A stretch of DNA of 64,000 nucleotides, taken from positions 16,402-80,401 of the forward strand of contig FLMG01000460.1 of NCBI GenBank assembly GCA_900088475.1, read 5' to 3'. Of this stretch, positions 35,507 to 48,312 are shown piece by piece; position 1 is the first letter of the stretch; the number at the start of each line of letters is the position of its first letter. Source of the stretch: Hyphochytrium catenoides. Lineage: Eukaryota; Protista; Hyphochytriomycota. The notes beneath the pieces are model-generated. The model searched no databases, was not told where the DNA came from, and saw nothing but the letters and a program-made list of their open reading frames with translations. A program made the translations under genes and the position numbers.

Positions 35507-36988
35507 ATGCAGACCACCTTCCAGCAAGTGCAGCAGCGTGTGAGCAAGCTGTGCAGGCTCCTAGGGACAGATGTACCTCTACAGGCGCCAATGCTGGGCT
35601 GCTCCACTGCTGAAATGGCGGCTAGGACTTCTCTCGCAGGTGGCCTGGGTTCCATGAACTACTCTTTTCTTCAACCAGAGGCCATGAGGGAGGCCTCCCG
35701 AGAGTTAAGTGCGGCAGTAGATCGGCTATCAGTCAGGGCACGAAGCCAGGAGGCACGGACACCATTCAACTTCAACTTCTTTGCTCATCCCAGGCCTGTA
35801 GAAGATCCGGGAAGAAGAGAGCGCATACAAGCCACTCTCTCCCGTTACTACCAGGAGATGAACATTGATCCCTCCTCCATCTCACTGGATATGCAAAACC
35901 GTACTTTTGGCCCGGATATTCTGAAGACTTTGCTTGATATCAAGCCTTCCGTGGTCAGCTTCCACTTCGGACTTCCCTCTGAAGTGGATAACGTTGTTCA
36001 TCTCCTTCAAGAGGAAGGAGTGAAAGTATTGTGCACTGCCACAACCGTGGATGAAGCGCAGTGGCTGGAGAAGAAGGGTGTTGATGTCATCATTGCCCAG
36101 GGCTATGAGGCAGGCGGCCACCGAGGCACCTTCCTGCCCAGTCAATACACCACCATGCCTGAGAGCAATATTGGCACAATGGCTCTAGTCTCACAGATTG
36201 TTGACGCTGTGAGTGTGCCTGTCATTGCCGCCGGAGGTATCGTGGATGGTCGAGGAATAGCAGCCGCCTTAATGCTGGGTGCTTCAGGTATTTCCCGTGC
36301 ATTCGATGTTATGCTTTGGCTTTAGTGCCGCCTTAGAAGCCGTTGCCTTTAGGGCTTGTTATCTCCACCACACTGCTCACCCCAGTCACCCGTCCTCCTG
36401 TGCTATACATCCGCTCAGCCTCTAAGTGTATATCACATATTGTGTTTCATCAAGAAGACGTGCTCATCTTATCAAGAAGTTCACATCCTAAATATGGTTG
36501 TCTCTCTCCCTTCTCCTCTGCTGGAGGCGCTCACACTAACTCCATACAACGTGCGACTGTGTCCTATAGGTGTACAGCTAGGCACCGCTTTTATGACGTG
36601 CAAGGAAGCACTCACCAATCCCGTCCATCGTAAAGCCTTAAAAGAAGCTCAGCACCGCTATCGACCGACAGCACTTAGCCAAGCTTTCTCCGGTAGGCCA
36701 GCGCGTGGGATAGTCAACCGGTACATGGAAGAGACTCAAGACATGAAGATCCCGTACACAGATTTCCCCCTCTGGAATGCCTTTACTAATCCACTTAGAT
36801 CTCGAAGCGCGAAAAACGGGTCAGAAGATTTTCTCTCCATGTGGTGCGGGCAGAGCCCTCCTCCTCTCAGTTATTCGGAAAAGGGTGCAGATGAGGTACT
36901 CCAGCAGCTCCTGGCGGGGTTTGAGGAGATAATACCTAGGAACCTCGTAGACCTCAGGCTTAGTAGACAGGAGTCTGATTCGCTTTAG
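35507..36988 (+). CDS. Nitronate monooxygenase (2-nitropropane dioxygenase family, FMN TIM barrel), 2 exons
   Basis: LQAPMLG, VVSFHFGLP, IIAQGYEAGGHRGTF, VPVIAAGGIVDGRGIAAALMLGASG|VQLGTAF, AFSGRPARGIVNR, SMWCGQ. One phase-1 intron at about 36288-36569. Confidence 0.92.
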
Positions 36989-37388
36989 GGGAGTGAGTTT
37001 TCATTATGACCCCACCATACACGAGACTTTGTCACGAACAGGTCAACGGAGAGCCAGGAGGTCTCACAGCGAAGCGAGTTAAGCACGCCGGATGAGCGCT
37101 GTGATACATTTGTCTGATAGTGCGACCCTTCTGGAAGTTCCTTACATCCATGTTCTCCTAATGCTCCCAGAGAGAGAGATGTTAGTTATGCTAAAGCATC
37201 TCCTTCTCTTCTTTATCAATCCAGTCCCTGTCCTAATAAACTATGATGGTTGGTTCCAGGTAGCTTAGCACCGCCTCGATTGGACCGCGTATTATTGCAA
37301 CTTGATTATAGTTGGGATAGCGAGCGAGCTTGTTGAGGAGTAGGGTTGCTGGCACTTATGGCCTCTCTCGGGCCCTAAGCGCCATAGC

Positions 37389-40300
37389 TTAAAGAGACTC
37401 CATGGCGGTAAGAGCCACTTGCTCTTCCGATGTTGCGGTCTCTCTTTCCTCTCTCCTTGCTTCTGAGCGCCTTGCCTTTATTCTTTGAGCTTGAAACTTA
37501 GTCAGCCAATAGGCGCTGGTGATGCCAAATATAAAGAGAATCTGTCCTGCGAACAAGAAGAAGCTCCCTATGAGAGTGACTTGACCAGGCATGTTGGCCC
37601 ATTCGTTGCAAAACGTGCTGAACTCGGCTCCACATCTGATGATCTTCTCTCCCAAAAGAGAGAAGTCGACACACATCCCATCAAACTTCTGCGCCATCTC
37701 CGAACACCCAGCGACAAATGCAAAATGCATTCCTGCAATGGGAGGCGGGGAGCGGAGTCACCAGACAAGAACAGGAATAAAAGGACGATAGCACATGAGC
37801 CAGAACCGAACGCTAACAACCTTAGAGCCTACATCCTTGGAAAGCAATATAACAGAGAGGTGGATAGTTGCTCTAGGCCGAAACGCAAAACATGATAGAG
37901 AGAGAGGAACTTCAAAATTGAAAGTAATCCCTTAAGCACCTCGCAAAGTAAATACCGCCGCGCAATAGAGCATGATAATGTTGACATTGAAGATTAATGC
38001 TCCGAGAACCTGGCAGCAAGAATGCAGTTAGTATGAATCCTGAACCCGCCCGCTCCGAGTGCAAACGGTGCCTGATTGACTCATCGCTAACATGTTCCCG
38101 ATCGATTATGACGTCTTACCACTGCGAGGACTGGAGTTCCCCAGTGGACTAAGAATTTCGAGTACCCCTTCGTCTCGTGTCTTATTAGTGCTCTATGGGC
38201 CAAAAACCTGATCCTAAAAGCAGCTACGAGTGCGACTCCGTTGATAATCAGGGCAGTCCATCCCACACACGAAACGATGGTCTTGGTGGTGGACCAGTCA
38301 ATGATGGTTAAATACTTCTCCAGAAGTGGAAAAAGGCGTCCGGCACCGTGACGCAAGGACAGAACTCCTGAAATAGGCAAGTGACTTAGACTGGAGCAAC
38401 GACGTAGGGCCAAGATATATCAAGGGCCATTGGACAACAGTAACAAGCAAAGCTTAGTGCTTGCAGAATAGAGACCTCAAAATGATGCGCTCCAGTAACC
38501 AGAAGCGCAAGGAAAGCCAATTTGTAGGGTTGAGGAATTACATCGCTGGAGACAAAACAAGAACTGGGAAACAACTAGATTGACGGACCTCCAACCGTGC
38601 AGGCGAAAGCCAGCAGAGACCAATATGGTAAAACAGCCACAAGACGTAGGAAGCGGCTGGATGGCTGGTCAACATAGCTACAGATGGTGGTAAGCAAAAT
38701 CCTAGCCATCCGCTACCAGTGATACTGACCGGGAGGCCTGACAACTCCAGAACAAAGGAAGCGAGGGAGGACTACACAGAGCATCGACACTACCTTTGGT
38801 ACATCTGCCTTGACCAGGAATACTTGCAGGGATTAGCGGCATAGTTCATCACCAGCAAGGACGAGACCACAGATATCCCAATAAACACACCGAAAGTGAC
38901 AAGCATATTGCCCGCGTGATGCTTCACGGACACCTAGCCAATTGTCAGGGATGCAGTCAGGTTAGAGCAAGTATGAGAACTGTCTCGAGATTTCATGTGG
39001 CTAGACAGCAACGAGCAGGTTAAGACGGATTAAGATCAAGAAACTGGGAAATGCTTAAAGACCAGGAGCCATGATGGCAGGGGACTGAAAATAAAGGTGA
39101 GCTTTCTACCGGAGTTCTTCTCGTCAAGTCTATTTGAGACAAGGAAGGGCAAGCTATATCCCCAGGGATAAATAGACTGCCGGTTCCCGCCAATTTGTGC
39201 ACCGGAGCATCTATTGGCCGTACCCATTGGCGGAACGTCTCCTTCGTCATAGGCCCTAGAGAACATAAGAAACACCACATGTACAGTTAAACGGAAGGGT
39301 GTTGGAAAGTAGGAAAAAGGGAAGAAGACGCTACCTTCAGGACCAATGGGTTTGTGAAGCGTGGTAGCGATGTGTCCCCGCCCAAACCATGGCCTCGCGA
39401 TGTCACCCTCTACTCCTAATAACTCCTTAAGACGAAGAAAATATGTATTTCCCGTCTTGCATGTGCCAAGAGATGTTTCTACGAGACACGGGAACTGTTG
39501 GTAGCTCTAACTCAAGCTTGTCCCAATACCCATGATGTCATGTCCCTATCAAGTTTGAACAGTGATGCCTTCTCTGAACCCATTCTGCTATGTCGCGGAT
39601 CTCGCGTTCAAGCATCCTGATAAGGTGCCCCCTATCTGCTCCATCCATAAATCTCCCTCTCCACCTTCACTAGAGCATCGCAATCCCTTGCTAACGGACT
39701 TACGGCGGTTCCTGAAGCAAGATGGTGACATCACGCTATTGGAAACTTCGGACGAGTTGCCCCAGCGACCAGGAAATATCGCCCAGAGGTCTTCGGAGTC
39801 CTTTGTTATCTGTTCTGGCTCTGGAATGAGCCTGAGGTTCGATCCTGTATACCGCCAGACCTTAAATAAAAAGACACCGTTGTTAATATACAAACCCGTG
39901 CGCGAGCAGCTAATGGCGTAAAAGTTCGAACAAAGCTCGATGGCTTCACCTTGCTAGGGTGGGGTATAGTCCGGTCCACCAAGTATAGGCCCAAGACATC
40001 GGCCACCAAAGGAACTCGCAGCGCAGTAAAGACCATATTCTCTAGGCAATGGTATGGAATTTTAGATTGTTCTGTTCTGACGGCAACTTTGGTACTGGCA
40101 TTCCAGAATCTCTGACCACCACTCGCTCCATCGGTCGGTTGCAAAACCTGCTACTTTGCTTGATATAGCTCTCTCCTATTTACTCGAATCCTACCTGCCG
40201 GTTGAAAGTATGTAGCGTGCGAGAAGAGGCCGACAAAGCCCTCAGGATGAGTGCCATTGACTAAGCTGCAGAGCCCTCTTGTGCAGTCTCTCACTTCGCT

Positions 40301-41782
40301 CCAATCGTGCTGAAAGAACTGCAATGCTAGTACCTCTCTGGACCTGGGGCATACCTAAAAGAGAGGCGATTTAGACTATAGAAAGGACTTTGCGACAACA
40401 ACTCTTTTTCTTGCTATCTTTGTTGCTTTATCGCTCCCAACCAGATTTCAGTATAGATGTTCTCTCTGATATGACGAAGTCGTCCATCAACAAGGTTCAC
40501 ATCATTGAATCTTAATGTGCGGCAGTGTCAATAACATAACCGGGAGCCTCTCAATCTGCATTTCTTTCGTCCCTCGGGTTTGAGCTTGTCCCCATCCGTG
40601 TTCCGGACTCACCTTCATTCCCTCTTACCTTGACAGAAATTCTTTCCCAGTCGCCCTCATGGACTCCCATGTCGCACAAGACATATTCTACCGACTCCAT
40701 AGTCCCATTCTTCCGCGTAACGAGCCATTGGTTGGAACAGCCATTGTAAGCGTAGAAGAGGTAGAAGTTATAGACCCAACTCCCGTCTGTTCCATCGCTA
40801 AAGACATTGTAATAAATAGGTGCAAGGGAGACGTTGTTCTTGTCGAAGCCTCTTCCCCGTCGCAGGCTGAAGAAAAGAAAGTGAACACGAGCTCTCATTC
40901 ACGTCAAATGCAAAGACTCTGAAAAGCACCAGGCATAGCGATGGTACTTTGAAGAAGTGGTGGAGAGTACAAGTGAATGAAAGAGCCAGACAAGCTCTTA
41001 CCGCTCGTCAGTCTTGGGGAATGACAGATAGTACTTGTGCGCTTGAGGGATATTCTTTGGATCACGAGAGATTCGCCTGGCATAACCCATTCACAGAGGT
41101 AGAAAGAGAGAGACAGGTGACACAAGTGCAAAACATGCAGGGCATAAAGAGCTGCAGAATCACATAAGAGCGAGAGATCGAAAAGCTTAGAGGAAGAAAG
41201 AACGAGACTCAAACAGCGCTTTACGAAGAGACAGGGAGAGGAAAAGATATTGGAAGATAGGAGCTAGGAGAGGGAGACGGAGACGGAACGAGGGCGACAA
41301 GGCGAAAAGAGGCTGGATGATCCTAGGTGTAAGGCCGCCGCATACCAGAGGTTCTCAGCATTTGCAGGCCCGAACCGTTCTCCAGGTAGTCCCGGAAAGG
41401 TCTTGACAAAAGGTCAGTCCAAGTCGCTTTGAAGGACACCGTGATCGCCTACACTTACCCTAAAGTATAAATCTGCTTTCTTAGCATAGCTCCTCGGGTC
41501 TGCCAGATAGTAGCGCTCCAAGGAATGGAAATGTAAGACCGGAGTGTACTTAGGTGCCAACCGATGTGCCACTTCCAAGCTCTCCTCTGTACGACAATGT
41601 GGTGCTTCACTCCTATCTGCTAAAGCTTCATACTTTAGAGGAACAGCGCATTTGGCACCAGAGGTGGAAGAGCCACGGCGCTGCGGTGCGGCGGTTGCTG
41701 TACAAGCAAGGACTACTAACAGATACAGACTAACTAGGGTCCGCCAACCAGATATCAGCCTCAATGGGTAAGAGCAGCGCAT
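37389..41782 (-). CDS. Signal peptide + Vps62-like domain + TM + proteolipid/M6-like four-TM domain, multi-exon
   Basis: Vps62-like motifs KYTPVLHFHSLERY, FYLFYAYNG, GVHEGDWERISV, QH, FSHATY, FPGRWG, GPEGP. The exons join in phase to five hydrophobic segments ending at stop 37389. Confidence 0.8.
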
Positions 41783-44700
41783 GCCGTCGCGCTTGGTAGC
41801 AAGATCCTTGCTGCGCAATGCACGTCCGCCTCCTTCTGGTCCCCTGGTCCTCTGCAGTTAGGAATCTACCCGTGAAGTCTCATTTCTTAGCTTCTCTTCT
41901 TTCTCTAGCCGCCTTAGAGATCCAGCTTACAGAATCAGCAGGTAAATGCTTATCTTGTCCTGCACTGATCAGCAGCATCGTACCGTCTCTGCCAGTTATG
42001 AGTTAAATTAAGCTGGACTGCTACTCCTGGGTCCACCCAGCAGTAGGCCGCGCTTCCCCTAATGCTGCCGGGCAGAAAGCTGCGGGCAGAACGCTACGAA
42101 AGCTGTGATGCAGCGAAAGGACAATAATAAAATGCAACCAAACCTTAGCTTGCTTCTTTGCTACTGGGGGAGAGCTGCAGCAGTATTACTGTGGAACTGT
42201 GCCCTGAAGCACATTGAGCTCTGTACGACTATAATCTCTTCTTACCTTGTTGCTGTTGAAGTCATCGGGTGTCCGGCTAATTCTTCCAGTCAGTTCAGCG
42301 GGCTAACAAGAGGCGGCGACCTGGATTGACCCTGACTTTCCTGGCATCTCGACAATGCCGCCAAGGAAAGAGCGGGCTTTTTCCTGCTTAAACACAGAAG
42401 ACAGCCTGCAGTTGAACGTATCAAGGAAATATAGGAAGTCTGTGTAAGACAAGTGCAAAGGCGAAGGTATTGGGAGGTCAAATTTCTGAACTGGATGCTT
42501 CCAGGACAGGTCTTAGATTATGTTGGAGGTTGATGTGTATAGGAGCGGGCAATGCTTTTTCAGTCATCTGCCTTGACCACATCTAGTTTGCACGCCACCA
42601 TCTAATGAGCCTAAATGTAGAAGGATCAAGCAAAGAGAGAGACCAAGAAATCCACCTCACGGCTACGCTAGCCCTGTTCTGCTGCTGTGTGTTCTATCCG
42701 AGCTCTGTCTTACCGGTGTCTCCTGGCTGTGCTTTCATTGTCATGCGGAAGGCAGACAGACGCTTCTTCCAGGGCAACAGTCCATGACGCAAGTTTCGTG
42801 CTGCTGCGCACCTTGACAGGTCTCTGTCCGCCATTGTGCAACTACTACTTCTTGCTCCTCTCTCTGCTGCGGTTTGGGGGTCTGTCTCTTTCTCACCTTT
42901 CTTGTTCATTTGGTACCTGGTCATCTCCTTCGCAGCTATAGGGTTTCTAGCGCCTTCGTCCTGCATTGGGGTTGTTATTATCTTTCAGGCGCTCTCTGTG
43001 CAGTCTCATAGAAACGCAAGATGGAAGCTGATCACGCCTCCCCGCCATTCAAGTAGCTAGTCGCCGCGGTATCTCCCCCACCCCACCTGTACAGAACTCG
43101 CATGATGCTTCATCCGTAAGCACTACCATGGCCCTACGCCTGTCGCTCCGATGTCGCTGATCCATCGAAGAGAACAGCAACGAAAGCTGCCTCATCCTGT
43201 TGCATAAACCCGCATTCATTCACCATTCATCACGCAGCCAGCACTTGTTCCGGCTTCGGCGATAATAATCTTCAAAAATCTGTTAAAGGGTAAATGAAAA
43301 GAAGCTTGAAAAGCAAGAGTTGGAGACTACTAAGTTCCCTCCGCCTGGATGATTCTCATTTCCAATTCCGCCACGCTTCGTGAGCATTCTTCCCCGGAAT
43401 TCTTGAAAAGGAAGACCACTAAGAGCGGCGCAATCAGAAACGGAAAAGCGGGGAAGAACGAAGTAACTATTAGCCATCTTGGCCATCATATCACAAATCT
43501 CATTGATAATTAAGAGGAGGAACGCAGGACAAAGATTATCTCAGAGTGTGTCAAAGGCAATCCTCGGGCAGATTGAGGAGACGCCGACTATGGCGACGGC
43601 TAGTAATGGTAGTGAACATAAAAAAATGATTCCTTTTCTTCTCTTCTGAAGTGAACGGGACGAGCTAAGGATACAAACAGCTGGATTACTAGGAAGAGAG
43701 GAGACGGTGCCCCACGCAGCTGTCTTGCTGCCGAGCCCATTCTCGCATTCTAAGTGAAAGCTTCGCGGATTGAGATCCCTCATACATTTTGATGGTAAAG
43801 CAAGCCCAGCTCGCCTCCTACAGGCATTAGGAGTACACACGGGATCCGTCAGCAGTCCAGGAGATCCCTCAGACTCTTTCTTGAGTTCATTGGTAATCCT
43901 GTATGCGCTCGCACATCACTTATCTGCCTCTAAGCGGTTGTGGCCGTTGCACCTTAGCACAACTGCACTCGAGGTCAGCTATTTCGTGGGTGCTTAACAC
44001 TCGGGGACTGAAGTGTGATCTACGGCTGTTGGAACAACCTTGAGCCTGCGGATAGGCCCTTCAGATAGGGTCTGTTGGTGAATGCAATAAGGTGATTAGG
44101 TGCGTGCTTGTTCTTCATCCACAACCCATTGTCTCGCGCGTCAAGATAAGGAGACCTCCTAGATACGCGCGCTGAACCTACAGATCTGCAGAGGAGAGTG
44201 GACTTCGACATCTACATCTGACGTAGGCGTTCCATAATAACGATCAGATCAACGGCATCTTCACCCACTGGTGGTCTGTACGGCAGCACATAGAATGTAC
44301 GTTTCTCGTGTGCTTCATGGCACATACATGAGCAGCACCAGATGTCTGACTCGGCCTTTTGATCATCATCATTTCGTCAACGGAGCGGACAGCCAGCAAC
44401 TCCTCATGGATGTGCTACTAATTGCCCCAGAAACATATCGCCATACGACCGCGGAGCATGGAGTGATGATAAGAGAAGATAATAAGGCATCTAGGAACTC
44501 ACAGACTAGCAACATATGTTTCTAAAGGTAGGCAAGGTGAGCTCCTCTGTCGATGTAGCTGGTGGTAGATACACACGTCGCCCCCACAATATGCACCTTT
44601 CTCATTTGAAATGTCCTTAAATAGCGCTTGCTCCACCTCGCTTCTTGCAAAGTCGCCGTCATCATGCGGGTACTGGTGATATTGCCCTGAGGTCAGATCT

Positions 44701-45480
44701 TTCACCAGTTAGTGGTGGATAGGTAGTAGGTAACAAGAGAGTGGTGGGTGGTGCTTACCAGCTCTGCAATTGGTTGTTGCGAAGCCTACGCTGGACTTTA
44801 AGGTTGACGGCACTTTAGTCAGGTAGAAATGCCCTTGAAATGGTAGTTCTTTCTGTCACTAGCTTTCTGGTAAGGGAGGATCCAATAGCCATATAAAGAT
44901 TGTACATCTAAGGCTTGCCATGGGCACCGGCTGAGCCAAATTTTCCAAGGTTACGGAAAGACACCCCGCTAAACGAGGATACCACACCTGCCTAGTTGAG
45001 CGAGAAAGCCGGTGGACGTGATACAGGATGACAGTGCCAATTGGAAACTTCTCCTATCTCTGCTTGTCACAACCGGGTCACCGTACAATGATTTAGGGCC
45101 AAGAAAGGAAAAACAAGATAAAGAAAAGGATAGAGAAAAGCGAGAAAAGAGCTGGAAAATGGAGAAGTATTGACAGACACTAGACACGTTCGGCAGCCAT
45201 ATACGGCAAGAGGTTAGTCATGTGCGTGGTGAAGCAGTTGGTAGGCAGGATATAACAAGAACTCGATATCTATAAAGAAAATGCGCAAGCTGGGTCCTCC
45301 GGTCATCTGCTACCACGCTGTCTAAAGGAGCATTCTTGATCTCTCGGACTAGGGCTTTGGACTACCCTTCCCTTACCAACTGGAACAAATCGCGGCCTGT
45401 GCCAGCTGAAGCTAACGAAAGACTCTCGAAGAGGTTGACAGGCAACGCGAACAAGCTGACGACAGCGGAACTAGTTGGCC

Positions 45481-45530
45481 TCTGCGAGTACAAGGTGTCC
45501 GGAGTCTGCGAGTACAAGGTGTCCAGAGTC
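45481..45530 (+). repeat. 24-bp tandem duplication
   Basis: tctgcgagtacaaggtgtcc(g/a)gag occurs twice in tandem. Confidence 0.85.
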
Positions 45531-48248
45531 AAGGGAAAGAAAGAAAAGAGAGCGGCACCCAATTAATGGCTAGGCTCACTGCGGAAGTCCCCAAATTTTG
45601 GGAAGAAAGAGGGGGAGAAAAAGAAGAAGAGTGCAACACAGTCATTTATACAGCAACTGACATGCTTTGCTCTGCCCGCCTCAAGACAGAGGTTTTGGTG
45701 TGGTGCGCACAAAGCAGATGGGTCAACCTCTTATTCGTATGACCCCTAAATTATGAAGCAAAATTTAGGGTCCTCTTAGCCATTGTTTCAATACTGACCA
45801 ACTCATCCTATCTTCTTTTGCCACACCTTTTGTGAGACGACACTAGTCACCCTTGAGAACACCCTTTCCAGCGGACCCAAGCGTGAAGTGGATGATGGGA
45901 GCCATTTTCAGCGGCTTTTCAGGGGAACAGCGTGCAGACTCATCTCAGCCCTGCTGACCAATCAGAGGCGTCAAACAACTTTGATTGACGTTAGCTCCTG
46001 CAAAATGACAACTTTGAATGCCGTTAGCACCTATCAGAGGACCTACCTATCCGCTGATTGGCTGAAGTCCCTGCAGATGGGTTCCTCTAGAAGGCGGCCG
46101 CTTCTAAGAGCTGGCCGCTGAAACTTTGGGCAGGGGCTAGCTGAAGAGTGGCATTGGGTTGATGAGGCAGCAGGGGACATTTGAGGCGGGGCCCGTTACT
46201 GTACCACTGAAGAGTTGTATGCACGAGCAGCATTGAAGTTCGGGAGGATACATCATACCCGGTCTCCCTCGTCCCTCTTTACCTTCCTGCCTTCTGGCCA
46301 GCTTCTACGGTGAGGGGATCGCAATTTATTATTGGCAGCAGGAAGGGAGGAAAGAAAATCATAGCTATAGAGGCTAATCGTGAAGCAGAAGAGCACGAGC
46401 ACTACGCACACCGATTACGTTTTCAGGAGCGAAGAGCAAAGGGATGGATGCCATGAGTTGTGCTATACGGAATACACCCCACCGCTATTTCTCGGATATA
46501 ATAGCACTTCTTGTCAAACTATATCTAAGGAAGAAGACATCTTTCAAATAGCACGGGTGACCCAGAAGATGGTCTTCTTCTCATAGTCGGAGTGGTCGCT
46601 TCAGTCGCGAACACTCCAGCCAGCTTGAATACCTATCAAGGGCCCCTTCGATGAGTGAGATGCTCCCTCCATGATAGATAAAGCCATCATCAGGTTGCGG
46701 AATGCAGAACAATCTTCTCCTCTAAGGCGTTTGAGGAAGTCCTATCTTGGACAACAAGAATTGCGGTCAGGCACGACTACCTAGGAGGGCATGAAAGAGG
46801 TCATTTCTACCTCATAAACTTACCTGGGTCCGAGATGCAAAATAGCAGTAGAGGCATATAAAGCCCCCCAATCCAACGAGTTGGCTGGGCGTGGGGCGCT
46901 TGGATCTGTCTGGCCCGAAAGCTTTCATTTTTCCATCAAACTCGTGCCATAATAGCCTCTTTCTTTAGGTACCGATACAGGTTGTTAACATACTCCTGTC
47001 CATTGCCATGAAGGGAGTCATGGTACTTGATCTCTTTCAGGTCAAAGTCCACAAGAGCAACTTTCCAGTGGTTCCTATTGACGTTATAGGAACAGACAAC
47101 TTGGACAAACTTAAGAGGTCACCTTGTGTCTTGGAAACTAGTTCCCCCACACTCTCGCGTAGCCCTTATATGATTTCTTGCAATCGCCCGCATCGATAGC
47201 GTTTACAACTGATGAAGAAAATGTCAAAAAGCCCATACACCTGACGCGGTCCATGGGGGTTGAAGCCTTCACTCCTAACGTTGTCAGCTTACTACAGCAC
47301 GGAGATGGAAGACACCGAAAGGGTAGACCTGCTGCCGGACATACTCAGGGACCCATACAAAAAGCTTCTTAAGGCATACGGAGCAACCTGCCATCATCGC
47401 CGGGCTCAGCAAGGTTTGCACGCGAGGTCTCACCCAATAGCTACTACCTTTATGCGGCCAGACTCCTTGTACTAGGACACTGTTCCGCTCTGGATCCTTA
47501 ACAAGCCGAATAGATTCCTTGATGGTGTTCACGCCGTCCTGGAGCCAGATTTTCTGGAAGGATGGGATAGTTGCTTTCTCCTCGGCTCTGGGATCATCCT
47601 CTAGAATACGTCGTTGGGGTCCTAAAGTTGCTCTTCAATTGAAAATACCGGCTCCTCCTTCTTCGCCTTCTCCGGACCCAACTTGGCGGTGGCATTTTTG
47701 GGTGCTAATTAACCGCCACCATCATGTCAGCCGAAGCCGCTGGATGGCCTCGCTGCTAGTGTTGAACCTGCATGCAACTCAGCGACGACTGGCTTCCCTA
47801 CCAGAGAAAAGAGAGCTATTTGGGTCGTCGCCACCAGCACCACCACTATTTGTAAAAGCCTTGTCTTCTACGGCCTCTCCGCTGCTTCCAATCTACGCCT
47901 TTTTGCCGCCTGATACTCCACTCTCTCTCTGCTTCTTCGACAAAAATTGTTTAGCAGGATCTCTCCTCCAGGAACAAGTGGACCTGTATTGCGTTGGGCT
48001 TGGTGCTCGGTTCATGCACGAGCTGCAACTTCCTCCGCTTCTTTTAGCACGCCCCATAGTCTTATGCTGGTGATGGAAAGGAAGATGATGATAATGAGTA
48101 GTGAGTAGTGATGATGCCGCTGGTCACTGCTGCTCGGTATGCTGGTAAGTACTCATCAGCAATGTGATTGAAATTGAGGAATCACTTTTGATGATGGATG
48201 AAACGGATGAACAGAAGAGTAGTGGATTCCCACTCCCGGACCACCGTT

Positions 48249-48312
48249 GACCGGTCAGCAGGTACAATTAATGGAGTGCGACCAATCAGCAGGTACAATT
48301 AATGGAGTGCGA
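48249..48312 (+). repeat. 31-bp tandem duplication
   Basis: gacc(gg/aa)tcagcaggtacaattaatggagtgc occurs twice in tandem. Confidence 0.88.

Noticed and set aside
16804-41782. Flippase-DysF and Vps62-proteolipid genes as one linked membrane system
   Set aside because: They are separated by about 13 kb and three unrelated genes, and I saw no shared regulatory signal.
44499-44845. Two - strand segments that can be spliced in phase
   Set aside because: No recognisable homology or start codon; may be chance.
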